64,000 nucleotides of DNA from an uncultured Gemmataceae bacterium (GTDB taxonomy: Bacteria; Planctomycetota; Planctomycetia; Gemmatales; Gemmataceae): the NCBI GenBank assembly GCA_963750165.1, contig CAVVPN010000003.1:3424001-3488000 (forward strand). The letters run 5' to 3'. Within the stretch, counting starts at the first letter, position 1, and the number at the start of each line of letters is the position of its first letter. A program made the position numbers and the translations under genes. The notes beneath the pieces are model-generated. The model had not been told where the DNA came from. It saw only the letters and a list, made by a program, of their open reading frames with translations, and did not search any database. Below are positions 9,972-20,591 of the stretch, in pieces.

Positions 9972-12900
9972 ATGTTCTCCTCCTGGTGGCGCGGCCTGAC
10001 AGCACGGGGCAACAAGAGTGGGACTTACCGCCGCGGGCGTTCCCGGTCCCGCGGGCGGTTGTGGGCCGAGACGCTGGAGGATCGCGTCGTGCCCGCCAGT
10101 TCCGCCTACTTCAGCATGCCGACCAACCTCGCGGCCAACCAGGGCACCACGATCACCGTGCCCGTGAGCATCAACAACCTCACCGACACCAGCGGCAACC
10201 TGGGCCTGAACTCGGCCGATGTGGTCCTGACCTACGACCCGACCGTCTTCAGCGTCGGCAGCGCCGATGTCACCCAGGGGTCGCTGCTCACCAACGCGCC
10301 CCCCAACGGCACCTGGGCCTTCACCCCCAACGCCAGCACCCCGGGCGAAATCGACATCAGCCTGTTCAGCTCCGACCTCGGCCACGACGTCACCACTTCG
10401 GCGGGCGGGGTGCTGGCCAACATCCAGTTCCACGTCAAGGGCAGTGCCCCCACCGGCAGCAGCACCATCCATGTGGTGGTGCCGCCGGCGACCTCTCCCA
10501 GCAACGGTCTCAGCAGTGACGCCACCCCGCACTCCGGTCCCGATTCCATCCAGGGCGCAGCCGACGGCTACACCCTGAGCCCGGCCGACCAGCAGGACGG
10601 CGTCATCAACGTGCAGAACTTTGCCCCGATCAGCACCCTGAGCGTGCCCACGAACGTCACGGCCATGCCCGGTGGCACCGTTACAGTGGCGGTGAACGTC
10701 AGCAACCCCGATCCCAACGGCAGCGCGGGCATGACCTCGGCGGACGCGGCCATCCTGTTCGACCCGGCCGTGCTGAGCGTGGCGGCCACGGGGGCAGTGG
10801 CTGCTGGCAGCGTCGTGCCGACCAGCGGCTGGAACGCCTTTTACGGCGTCGATACCACCCACACCAACCCGATCGACTCGACGAAGGATACGCTCGGCCT
10901 GCACCTGGTCAACACCAACGGCACGCCGCTGACGAGCACCACGGCAGGCAGCCTGTGGTTGGTCACCTTCAACGTCGTCGCTGGGGCCAGTGGCACAACG
11001 ATCCTGAACCTGGTGCCGAGCGTCCAGGTGGGCTCCTCGACCACCAGCACCAACGTCACCGGCGCCAACAAGGTCTACCAGTTGACCCCGGCGCCGACGA
11101 ACGCCACCACGGACGCGGTGGACGGCAGCGTGACCGTGTCTGCGGTCGCGACCGCGACGCATTTCAGCGTCAGCGGCCCGTCCACGGCCACGGCCGGGAC
11201 TCCCGTCAGCTTCACGGTGACCGCCCTGGACGCCAGCAACAACCCGGTCAGCGGCTACACGGGCATGGTGCATTTCACCAGCAGCGACGGCCAGGCCGTG
11301 CTGCCCGCCGATGCGACGCTGACCAACGGCACCGGCACGTTTAACGTCACGTTCCACACGTCCGGCAGCCAGACCCTGACCGCCACCGACACGGTGATCA
11401 GCAGCATCACCGGCACCAGCGGCCCGGTCACCGTCAGCGCCACCGCCGCCACGCACTTCAGCGTCACCGCTCCGGCCACGGCCACGGCGGGCAGCGCCTT
11501 CAGCTTCACGGTGACGGCCCTGGACGCCTTCAACAACACCGCCAGTGGCTACACCGGGACGGTCCACTTCACCAGCAGCGACGGCCAGGCCGTGCTGCCG
11601 GCCAACAGCACCCTGACCAACGGCACCGGCACGTTCAACGTCACCCTCAAGACGGCCGGCAACCAGACGCTCACGGCCACCGACACGGTGACCAGCACGA
11701 TCACCGGCACCAGCGCCGCCATCGCCGTCAGCGCCGCGGCGGCCACGCACTTCAGCGTCACCGCCCCGAGCAGCGCCACGGCGGGCAGCGCCTTCAACTT
11801 CACGGTGACGGCGCAGGACGCCTTCAACAACATCGCCACGGGCTACACGGGCACCGTCCATTTCACCAGCAGCGATGGCCAGGCCACGCTGCCGGCCAAC
11901 GGCACGCTCACCAGCGGCACCGGCACCTTCAGCGCCACGCTGAAGACTTCGGGTAGCCAGACGCTGACCGCCACCGACACGGTGACCAGCACGATCACCG
12001 GCACCAGCGCCGCCATCGCCGTCAGCGCCGCCGCCGCGACGCACTTCACGGTCACGGCCCCGGCCACGGCCACGGCGGGCAGCGCCTTCACCTTCACGGT
12101 GACGGCGCTGGACGCCTTCAACAACACCGCCACCGGCTACACGGGCATGGTCCACTTCACCAGCACGGACAGCCAGGCGGTGCTGCCAGCGGACGCCACC
12201 CTGACCAACGGCACCGGCACCTTCACCGTCACGCTCAAGACCACCGGCAACCAGACGCTGACCGCTACCGACACGGTGACCAGCACGATCACCGGCACCA
12301 GCGCCGCCATCGCCGTCAGCGCCGCCGCCGCGACGCACTTCACGGTCACGGCCCCGGCCACGGCCACGGCGGGCAGCGCCTTCAGCGTCACGGTCACAGC
12401 CCTGGACGCCTTCAACAACACCGCCAGTGGCTACACCGGGACGGTCCACTTCACCAGCAGCGACGGCCAGGCGGTGCTGCCCGCCAACAGCACCCTGACC
12501 AACGGCACCGGCACGTTCAACGTCACCCTCAAGACGGCCGGCAACCAGACGCTGACCGCCACCGACACGGTGACCAGCACGATCACCGGCACCAGCGCCG
12601 CCATCGCCGTCAGCGCCGCGGCGGCGACGCACTTCAGCGTCACCGCCCCGGCCACGGCCACGGCGGGCAGCGCCTTCACCTTCACGGTGACGGCGCAGGA
12701 TGCCTTCAACAACACCGCGTCGGGCTACAGCGGCACCGTCCACTTCACCAGTACCGACGCCACCGCCACGCTGCCGGCCAACAGTACGCTCACCAACGGC
12801 GTCGGCACCTTCAGTGCCACCCTGCACACGGCCGGCAGCCAGACGATTACTGCCACCGATACGGTGACCAGCACTATCACCGGCACCAGCAACGCCATCA

Positions 12901-15900
12901 ACGTCGGCACCTTCCCCGCCACGCACTTCGCCGTCAGCGCCCCCAGCAGCGCCACGGCGGGGACCGCCTTCAGCTTCACGGTGACAGCCCTGGACGCCAG
13001 CAACAACCCGACCGCAGGGTACAGCGGCACGGTGCATTTCACCAGCAGCGATGGCCAGGCCGTGCTGCCGGCGGACGCCACGCTGACCAACGGTGTCGGC
13101 ACCTTTACCGTCACGCTCAAGACCGCCGGCAACCAGACGATTACCGCCACCGACACGGTGACCAGCAGCATCACCGGCACCAGCGCTGCCATCGCCGTCA
13201 GCGCCGCCGCCGCCACGCACTTCACCGTCACTGCCCCGGCCACGGCCACCGCCGGGACGGCATTCAACTTCATGGTGACGGCCCTGGACGCCTTCAACAA
13301 CACCGCCACCGGCTACACGGGCATGGTCCACTTCACGAGCACGGACAGCCAGGCGGTGCTGCCGACGGATGCTACCCTGACCAGCGGCACCGGCACCTTC
13401 AGCGCCACGCTGAAGACGGCCGGCAGCCAGACGCTGATCGCTACCGACACGGTGACCAGTTCCATCACCGGCAGCAGCAACAGCATCGCCGTGAGCGCCG
13501 CCGCCGCCAGCCACTTCAGCGTCACCGCCCCCAGCAGCGCCACCGCGGGCAGCGCCTTCAGCGTCACGGTGACGGCCCTGGATGCCTTTAACAACACAGC
13601 GACGGGCTACACCGGCACGGTGCATTTCACCAGCAGCGACAGCACCGCCGTGCTGCCGGCCAACAGCACCCTGACCAACGGCGTCGGCACCTTCAACGTC
13701 ACGCTGAAGACCGCCGGCAGCCAGACGCTGACCGCCACCGACACGGTGACCAGCACGATCACCGGCACCAGCGCCGCCATCGCCGTCAGCGCTGCCGCCG
13801 CCACCCACTTCAGCGTCAGCGCCCCGGCCACGGCCACGGCGGGCAGCGCCTTCAGCTTCACGGTGACGGCCCTGGACGCCTTCAATAATACTGCCACGGG
13901 CTACACGGGCACCGTCCACTTTACCAGCAGTGACGGCCAGGCCGTATTGCCGACCGACAGCCCTCTCACCAGCGGCACCGGCACCTTCAACGCCACGCTG
14001 AAGACATCGGGCAACCAGACGCTGACCGCTACCGACACGGTGACCAGCACGATCACCGGCACCAGCGCCGCCATCGCCGTCAGCGCCGCCGCCGCCACGC
14101 ACTTCACCGTCACCGCCCCGGCCACGGCCACCGCCGGGACGGCATTCAACTTCACGGTCACGGCCCTGGACGCCTTCAACAACACCGCCACCGGCTACAC
14201 GGGCATGGTCCACTTCACGAGCACGGACAGCCAGGCTGTGCTGCCGGCGGACGCCACCCTGACCAGCGGCACCGGCACCTTCAGCGCCACGCTGAAGACT
14301 TCGGGCAGCCAGACGCTGATCGCTACCGACACGGTGACCAGCACTATCACCGGCAGCAGCAACAGCATCGCCGTGAGCGCCGCTGCCGCCAGCCACTTCA
14401 GCGTCACCGCCCCCAGCAGCGCCACCGCGGGCAGCGCCTTCAGCGTGACGGTGACGGCCCTGGACGCCTTTAACAACACCGCCACCGGCTACAGCGGCAC
14501 CGTCCACTTCACCAGCAGTGACGGTCAGGCCGTGCTGCCGGCCAACAGCACCCTGACCAACGGCGTCGGCACCTTCAACGTCACGCTGCAGACCGCCGGC
14601 AACCAGACGATTACCGCCACCGACACGGTGACCAGCACGATCACCGGCACCAGCGCCGCCATCGCGGTCAGCGCCGCCACCGCCACGCACTTCAGCGTCA
14701 CCGCCCCGGCCACGGCCACGGCGGGCAGCGCCTTCAGCTTCACGGTGACGGCCCTGGACGCCTTCAATAATACTGCCTCAGGCTACACGGGCACCGTCCA
14801 CTTTACCAGCAGTGACGGCCAGGCGGTGTTGCCGACCGACAGCCCCCTCACCAGTGGCGTCGGCACCTTCAACGCCACGCTGAAGACGGCCGGCAGCCAG
14901 ACCCTCACCGCTACCGACACCGTGACCAGCACCATCACCGGCACCAGCGCCGCCGTCACGGTCAGCGCCGCGGCGGCCACGCACTTCAGCGTCACCGCCC
15001 CGAGCAGCGCCACCACGGGCGGCCCCTTCAGCGTGACGGTGACGGCCCGGGACGCCTTTAACAACACCGCCAGCGGCTATCTGGGGACGGTCCACTTCAC
15101 GACGACGGACAGCGGCAGCGGCGCGGCGGTGCCCGCCGATTACACCTTCGTGGCCGGCGACAACGGCGCCCACACGTTTACCAACGGCGTCACCCTGGTC
15201 ACCGCCGGCAGCCAGTCGGTCACCGCCACCGACACCGTCACCAGCAGCATCACCGGCAGCGCCACCATCACGGTCAGTGCCGTGTCGGCCACGCATTTCA
15301 GCGTCAGCGGCCCGGCCACGGCCACGGCCGGCACCGCCGTCAGCTTCACGGTGACCGCCCTGGACGCCAGCAACAACCCGGTCAGCGGCTACACCGGCAT
15401 GGTGCATTTCACCAGCAGCGACGGCCACGCGGTGCTGCCGGCCGATGCGACGCTCACCAACGGCACCGGCACGTTTAACGTCACGTTCCAGACGGCGGGC
15501 AGCCAGACCCTCACCGCCACTGACACGGTCACCAGCAGCATCACCGGCACCAGCGGCCCGGTCACGGTCAGCGCCGCGGCGGCCACCCACTTCGCCGTCA
15601 GCGCCCCGGCGACCGCCAACGCGGGCAGCGCCTTCACCTTCACGGTCACGGCGCTGGATGCGTTCAATAACGCCGCCACCGGCTACACGGGCACGGTGCA
15701 TTTCACCAGCAGCGATGGCCAGGCCGTGCTGCCCGCCGACAGCACCTTGACCAGCGGTGTCGGCACCTTCAGCGCCACCCTCAAGACGGCCGGCAACCAG
15801 ACGCTAACCGCCACTGACACGGTGTCCAGTTCGATCACCGGCACCAGCGCCGCCATCGCCGTCAGCGGCGTGGCGGCCACGCACTTCAACGTCACCGCCC

Positions 15901-18900
15901 CGGCGAACGCCACGGCGGGCAGCGCCTTCAGCTTCACGGTCACGGCGCTGGACCCGTTCAACAACACGGACACGGACTACACGGGCACGGTCCACTTCAC
16001 CAGCAGCGACGGCCAGGCGGTGTTGCCCGCCGACAGCACCTTGACCAACGGCGTCGGCACCTTCAACGCCACCCTCAAGACGGCCGGCAGCCAGACCCTC
16101 ACCGCTACCGATACCGTCACCAGCACCATCACCGGCACCAGCGCCGCCGTCACGGTCAGCGCCGCGGCGGCCACCCACTTTAGTGTCAGCGCCCCGAGCA
16201 ACGCCACCACGGGCGGCCCCTTCAGCGTGACGGTGACGGCCCAGGACGCCTTTAACAACACCGCCACCGGCTATCTGGGGACGGTCCACTTCACGACGAC
16301 GGACAGCGGCAGCGGCGCGGCGGTGCCCGCCGATTACACCTTCGTGGCCGGCGACAACGGCGTCCACACGTTTACCAACGGCGTCACCCTGGTCACCGCC
16401 GGCAGCCAGTCGGTCACCGCCACCGATACGGTCACCAGCAGCATCACCGGCAGCGCCACCATCACGGTCAGTGCCGTGGCGGCCACGCATTTCAGCGTCA
16501 GCGGCCCGGCCACGGCCACGGCCGGCACCGCCGTCAGCTTCACGGTGACCGCCCTGGACGCCAGCAACAACCCGGTCAGCGGCTACACCGGCATGGTGCA
16601 TTTCACCAGCAGCGACGGCCAGGCGGTGCTGCCGGCCGATGCGACGCTCACCAACGGCACCGGCACGTTTAACGTCACGTTCCAGACGGCGGGCAGCCAG
16701 ACCCTCACCGCCACTGACACGGTCACCAGCAGCATCACCGGCACCAGCGGCCCGGTCACCGTCAGCGCCGCGGCGGTCACCCACTTCGCCGTCAGCGCCC
16801 CGGCGACCGCCACCGCGGGCAGCGCCTTTAACTTCACGGTCACGGCTCTGGATCAGTTCAACAACACGGACACGGGCTACACGGGCACGGTCCACTTCAC
16901 CAGCAGCGACGGCCAGGCGGTATTGCCCGCCGACAGCACCTTGACCAACGGCGCTGGCACCTTCAGCGTGACGCTCAAGACCGCTGGCAGCCAGACGCTG
17001 ACCGCCACTGACACCGTCACCAGTTCCATCACCGGCACCAGCGCCGCCATCACCGTCAGCGCCGCGGCGGCGACGCACTTCGCCGTCACCGCCCCCAGCA
17101 ACGCCACGGCGGGCAGCGCCTTCAGCTTCACGGTCACGGCGCTGGACCCGTTCAACAACACAGACACGGGCTACACGGGCACGGTCCACTTCACCAGCAG
17201 CGATGGCCAGGCGGTATTGCCCGCCGACAGCACCTTGACCAGCGGCACTGGCACCTTCAACGCCACGCTGAAGACAGCCGGCAGCCAGACCCTCACCGCT
17301 ACCGATACCGTCACCAGCACCATCACCGGCACCAGCGCCGCCATCAGCGTCAGCGCCGCGGCGGCCACCCACTTGAGTGTCAGCGCCCCGAGCAACGCCA
17401 CCACGGGTGCCCCCTTCAGCGTGACGGTGACGGCCCTGGACCCGTTCAACAATACGGACACGGGTTATCTGGGGACGGTCCACTTCACGACGACGGACAG
17501 CGGCAGCGGCGCGGCGGTGCCCGCCGATTACACCTTCGTGGCCGGCGACAACGGCGCCCACACGTTCACCAACGGCGTCACCCTGGTCACCGCCGGCAGC
17601 CAGTCGGTCACCGCTACCGACACCGTCACCAGCAGCATCACCGGCAGCGCCACCATCACGGTCAGTGCCGTGGCGGCCACGCATTTCAGCGTCAGCGGCC
17701 CCACCACGGCCACGGCCGGGGTCGCCTCCAGTTTCACGGTGACCGCCCTGGACGCCAGCAACAACCCGGTCAGCGGCTACACCGGCACGGTCCACTTCAC
17801 CAGCAGCGACGGCCAGGCCGTGCTGCCGGCCAACGCCACGCTGACCAACGGTGTCGGCACGTTTAGCGTCACGTTCCACACGTCCGGCAGCCAGACCCTC
17901 ACCGCCACTGACACGATCACCAGCAGCATCACCGGCACCAGCGCCGCTGTCGCCGTCAGCGCCGCCGCCGCCACCCACTTCAGCGTCAGCGCCTCCAGCG
18001 CCGCCACGGCGGGCAGCGCCTTCAGCTTCACGGTCACGGCCCTGGATCCGTTCAACAACACTGCCACCGGCTACACCGGCACGGTGCATTTCACCAGCAG
18101 CGACGGCCAGGCCGCCCTGCCCGCCGACAGCGCCCTCATTAGCGGCGTCGGCACCTTCAGCGCCACCCTCAAGACCGCCGGCAACCAGACCCTCACTGCC
18201 ACCGACACGGTGTCCAGTTCGATCACCGGCAGCAGTGGCACCGTCAACGTGAGCCCCGCCGCCGCCAGCCACTTCAGCGTCAGCGCCCCGGCCACGGCCA
18301 CGGCGGGCAGCGCCTTCAACTTCACGGTCACGGCCCTGGACGCCTTCAACAACACCGCCACAGGCTACACCGGCACCGTCCACTTCACCAGCTCCGACAC
18401 CGCCGCCACCCTGCCGGCGGACGCCACCCTGACCAGCGGCACCGGCACCTTCAGCGCCACCCTGCAGACGGTCGGCGCCCAGACGCTGACCGCCACCGAC
18501 ACCGTGACCAGCAGCATCACTGGCACCAGCGCCGCCATCACGGTCAGCAGCACCAACCCCAACACCACCTTCCTGAACAATGCCTACCTGGATCTGCTCG
18601 GCCGGCCCATTGATCCGGCCGGCCTGTCGTACTGGTCGTCCGTCCTCGATCAGGGCTACTCCCGCACCTACGTCCTCGCGGGCATCCAGGCCAGCAACGA
18701 GTACAAGACGGATCTCGTCACTAAACTGTTCACGCAACTGCTCGGCCGCGCTCCCGACACCACCGACCTGACCAACTGGGTGTTGTTCCTCAACCAGGGC
18801 GGCACCGTGGAAGAACTCAAGGCGGGCATCATGGGCAGCGCCGAGTTCCTGGCCCACAACGGCGGCACCGACACCGGCTTCCTGCAGGGCGTCTACCAGG

Positions 18901-20477
18901 CTGCCCTCGGCCGCTCCGCCTCCGCCAGCGAGTTGACCGGCTGGCAAGCGGAACTGACGGCCGGGACCTCGCTCTACGGCGTCGCGCTGCAAATCCTGAC
19001 CACTCCCGAGGCCTACCAGTTCTACGTCAAGAGCGAGTTCGCCAGCCTGCCGCACGCCACCGCCCCCGCCAGCTCTGCCAGCCAGTTCGTCACCCTGCTC
19101 CAGCAGGGGGTGCGCGACGAGTCCATCGTCGCTGGCATCTTCATCAACAACCTGGCCGGCTCGGCCAATTACGACGCGATCACCAAGACCGTGGCCTCCA
19201 GCAGCACGCCGCCGGACACGGGAAATGGCTTCCTGGCGCAGGTCTACCAGGACGTGCTGGGCCGGGCCATCGACGCGACCGGTCTGGCGAGCTGGTCGCC
19301 GCTGCTCGACGAGGGCATCTCCCAGCAGGACGTGGCGGCGGACATCCTGGCCACGCCGGAGGCGAACACGTACCTGGTGCAGGGGCTGTATACGCAGTTG
19401 CTGGGCCGGCCGGCGGACCCGACGGGCCTGGCGGGCTGGGTGGGGGTGCTGGCGCAGGGCGGCACCGTCGAACAGGTCAAGGCGGGCATCATGGGCACGG
19501 ACGAGTTCCTGACGCACAACGGCGGCACCGACACCGGCTTCCTGCAGGGCGTTTTCCAGGCCGCCCTCGGCCGCTCCGCCTCCGCCAGCGAGTTGGCCAA
19601 CTGGCAACAATTGCTGAACGCCGGCACGTCGCGTTCCAGCGTCGCGTTGTTTATCCTGACCTCCGACGAGGCCCACGGTTACCTGGTGCAGACCTACTAC
19701 CAGGACCTGCTGTTCCGTGACGGCCAGAGCGCCGAGGTGATCGGCAACGCCCTGGCCCTGAAGGGAATCGGGACCGACCAGTCGGTCGAGGCCGCGGTGC
19801 TGGGCTCGGCGGAGTATCTCTCCTACACCGACAGCAGCACGCTGAACAATCCGGTGCTGTCCACGGAGTCTGCCTTCCTGGGGCAGTTGTACCAGGACGA
19901 ACTGGGGCGGGCGATCAATGCGTCGGAGGAGGCGGGCTGGTCGTCGTTCCTGGCCCAGGGCACCACGCGCGCGATGGTGGCCGAGTCGGTCGTGAACTCG
20001 ACGGAGGCAGAGACATATCTGGTGCAGGGGCTGTACCAGCAGTTGTTGGGCCGGCCGGCGGACCCGACGGGCCTGGCGGGCTGGGTGGGGGTGCTGGCGC
20101 AGGGCGGCACCGTCGAACAGGTCAAGGCGGGCATCATGGGCACGGACGAATTCCTGGCGCACAACGGCGGCACCGACACCGGCTTCCTGCAGGGCGTCTA
20201 CCAGGCGGCCCTCGGCCGCTCCGCCTCCGCCGCCGAACTGGCCGGTTGGCAGCAACAGTTGGCGGCGGGTACGTCGCGGACGAGTGTCGCCCTGCAGATT
20301 CTGACCACCACGGAGGCCCGCGGCTACCTGGTGAGCAGCTTCTACCAGTCCCTGCTGCACCGCGCTCCCAACCCCACCGAGCAGGCGCAGGGGGCCGCCG
20401 CCCTCCAGTACGTCACCGACCAGGTTCTGGAGACGGCCATCCTCTCGTCGCGGGAATTCGACGTGAACCTGCAATGA
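9972..20477 (+). CDS. 3501-aa exported surface protein: LEPR-XLL-like N-terminus, two cohesin-like domains, about 25 Ig-like repeats, C-terminal DUF4214-like repeats
   Basis: N-terminal 'RGRLWAETLEDRVVPA'. Two 'TVPVSI/TVAVNV...L[TF][YF]DP' cohesin-like units. 98-aa repeats at ~11150-18550. C-terminal 'YLDLLGRPIDPAGLSYW...SNEY' type repeats. Confidence 0.9.
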   Translation: MFSSWWRGLTARGNKSGTYRRGRSRSRGRLWAETLEDRVVPASSAYFSMPTNLAANQGTTITVPVSINNLTDTSGNLGLNSADVVLTYDPTVFSVGSADVTQGSLLTNAPPNGTWAFTPNASTPGEIDISLFSSDLGHDVTTSAGGVLANIQFHVKGSAPTGSSTIHVVVPPATSPSNGLSSDATPHSGPDSIQGAADGYTLSPADQQDGVINVQNFAPISTLSVPTNVTAMPGGTVTVAVNVSNPDPNGSAGMTSADAAILFDPAVLSVAATGAVAAGSVVPTSGWNAFYGVDTTHTNPIDSTKDTLGLHLVNTNGTPLTSTTAGSLWLVTFNVVAGASGTTILNLVPSVQVGSSTTSTNVTGANKVYQLTPAPTNATTDAVDGSVTVSAVATATHFSVSGPSTATAGTPVSFTVTALDASNNPVSGYTGMVHFTSSDGQAVLPADATLTNGTGTFNVTFHTSGSQTLTATDTVISSITGTSGPVTVSATAATHFSVTAPATATAGSAFSFTVTALDAFNNTASGYTGTVHFTSSDGQAVLPANSTLTNGTGTFNVTLKTAGNQTLTATDTVTSTITGTSAAIAVSAAAATHFSVTAPSSATAGSAFNFTVTAQDAFNNIATGYTGTVHFTSSDGQATLPANGTLTSGTGTFSATLKTSGSQTLTATDTVTSTITGTSAAIAVSAAAATHFTVTAPATATAGSAFTFTVTALDAFNNTATGYTGMVHFTSTDSQAVLPADATLTNGTGTFTVTLKTTGNQTLTATDTVTSTITGTSAAIAVSAAAATHFTVTAPATATAGSAFSVTVTALDAFNNTASGYTGTVHFTSSDGQAVLPANSTLTNGTGTFNVTLKTAGNQTLTATDTVTSTITGTSAAIAVSAAAATHFSVTAPATATAGSAFTFTVTAQDAFNNTASGYSGTVHFTSTDATATLPANSTLTNGVGTFSATLHTAGSQTITATDTVTSTITGTSNAINVGTFPATHFAVSAPSSATAGTAFSFTVTALDASNNPTAGYSGTVHFTSSDGQAVLPADATLTNGVGTFTVTLKTAGNQTITATDTVTSSITGTSAAIAVSAAAATHFTVTAPATATAGTAFNFMVTALDAFNNTATGYTGMVHFTSTDSQAVLPTDATLTSGTGTFSATLKTAGSQTLIATDTVTSSITGSSNSIAVSAAAASHFSVTAPSSATAGSAFSVTVTALDAFNNTATGYTGTVHFTSSDSTAVLPANSTLTNGVGTFNVTLKTAGSQTLTATDTVTSTITGTSAAIAVSAAAATHFSVSAPATATAGSAFSFTVTALDAFNNTATGYTGTVHFTSSDGQAVLPTDSPLTSGTGTFNATLKTSGNQTLTATDTVTSTITGTSAAIAVSAAAATHFTVTAPATATAGTAFNFTVTALDAFNNTATGYTGMVHFTSTDSQAVLPADATLTSGTGTFSATLKTSGSQTLIATDTVTSTITGSSNSIAVSAAAASHFSVTAPSSATAGSAFSVTVTALDAFNNTATGYSGTVHFTSSDGQAVLPANSTLTNGVGTFNVTLQTAGNQTITATDTVTSTITGTSAAIAVSAATATHFSVTAPATATAGSAFSFTVTALDAFNNTASGYTGTVHFTSSDGQAVLPTDSPLTSGVGTFNATLKTAGSQTLTATDTVTSTITGTSAAVTVSAAAATHFSVTAPSSATTGGPFSVTVTARDAFNNTASGYLGTVHFTTTDSGSGAAVPADYTFVAGDNGAHTFTNGVTLVTAGSQSVTATDTVTSSITGSATITVSAVSATHFSVSGPATATAGTAVSFTVTALDASNNPVSGYTGMVHFTSSDGHAVLPADATLTNGTGTFNVTFQTAGSQTLTATDTVTSSITGTSGPVTVSAAAATHFAVSAPATANAGSAFTFTVTALDAFNNAATGYTGTVHFTSSDGQAVLPADSTLTSGVGTFSATLKTAGNQTLTATDTVSSSITGTSAAIAVSGVAATHFNVTAPANATAGSAFSFTVTALDPFNNTDTDYTGTVHFTSSDGQAVLPADSTLTNGVGTFNATLKTAGSQTLTATDTVTSTITGTSAAVTVSAAAATHFSVSAPSNATTGGPFSVTVTAQDAFNNTATGYLGTVHFTTTDSGSGAAVPADYTFVAGDNGVHTFTNGVTLVTAGSQSVTATDTVTSSITGSATITVSAVAATHFSVSGPATATAGTAVSFTVTALDASNNPVSGYTGMVHFTSSDGQAVLPADATLTNGTGTFNVTFQTAGSQTLTATDTVTSSITGTSGPVTVSAAAVTHFAVSAPATATAGSAFNFTVTALDQFNNTDTGYTGTVHFTSSDGQAVLPADSTLTNGAGTFSVTLKTAGSQTLTATDTVTSSITGTSAAITVSAAAATHFAVTAPSNATAGSAFSFTVTALDPFNNTDTGYTGTVHFTSSDGQAVLPADSTLTSGTGTFNATLKTAGSQTLTATDTVTSTITGTSAAISVSAAAATHLSVSAPSNATTGAPFSVTVTALDPFNNTDTGYLGTVHFTTTDSGSGAAVPADYTFVAGDNGAHTFTNGVTLVTAGSQSVTATDTVTSSITGSATITVSAVAATHFSVSGPTTATAGVASSFTVTALDASNNPVSGYTGTVHFTSSDGQAVLPANATLTNGVGTFSVTFHTSGSQTLTATDTITSSITGTSAAVAVSAAAATHFSVSASSAATAGSAFSFTVTALDPFNNTATGYTGTVHFTSSDGQAALPADSALISGVGTFSATLKTAGNQTLTATDTVSSSITGSSGTVNVSPAAASHFSVSAPATATAGSAFNFTVTALDAFNNTATGYTGTVHFTSSDTAATLPADATLTSGTGTFSATLQTVGAQTLTATDTVTSSITGTSAAITVSSTNPNTTFLNNAYLDLLGRPIDPAGLSYWSSVLDQGYSRTYVLAGIQASNEYKTDLVTKLFTQLLGRAPDTTDLTNWVLFLNQGGTVEELKAGIMGSAEFLAHNGGTDTGFLQGVYQAALGRSASASELTGWQAELTAGTSLYGVALQILTTPEAYQFYVKSEFASLPHATAPASSASQFVTLLQQGVRDESIVAGIFINNLAGSANYDAITKTVASSSTPPDTGNGFLAQVYQDVLGRAIDATGLASWSPLLDEGISQQDVAADILATPEANTYLVQGLYTQLLGRPADPTGLAGWVGVLAQGGTVEQVKAGIMGTDEFLTHNGGTDTGFLQGVFQAALGRSASASELANWQQLLNAGTSRSSVALFILTSDEAHGYLVQTYYQDLLFRDGQSAEVIGNALALKGIGTDQSVEAAVLGSAEYLSYTDSSTLNNPVLSTESAFLGQLYQDELGRAINASEEAGWSSFLAQGTTRAMVAESVVNSTEAETYLVQGLYQQLLGRPADPTGLAGWVGVLAQGGTVEQVKAGIMGTDEFLAHNGGTDTGFLQGVYQAALGRSASAAELAGWQQQLAAGTSRTSVALQILTTTEARGYLVSSFYQSLLHRAPNPTEQAQGAAALQYVTDQVLETAILSSREFDVNLQ
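11150..18550 (+). repeat. Tandem ~294-bp Ig-like coding repeats with higher-order periodicity
   Basis: Unit is about 98 aa. A long variant (…CTGGGGACGGTCCACTTCACGACGACGGACAGCGGCAGC…) starts at 15081, 16275 and 17469 (period 1194). Another variant sits at 13251 and 14133 (period 882). Confidence 0.9.
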
Positions 20478-20591
20478 CCCGGGCCGGTGTATCACATTCC
20501 GGCAGACCCTGGAGTTGTGGACATCCCGCATTTGGCAGGAGAGGAGGAGTTCGGTTCGTCGGTCGCCATACCGCGCGACCGACGAACCGAA

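Noticed and set aside
18560..20470. Near-identical DUF4214-like repeat blocks as a DGR template/variable pair
   Set aside because: No reverse transcriptase in the window and no evident adenine-specific differences; ordinary intragenic duplication explains it
668..20531. Many long antisense and alternate-frame ORFs over the + strand giants (e.g. 3852-7826, 9930-14690, 15804-20531 and the series of ~96-aa ORFs)
   Set aside because: Shadow ORFs caused by GC-rich codon bias and repeat periodicity; no recognisable motifs or RBS
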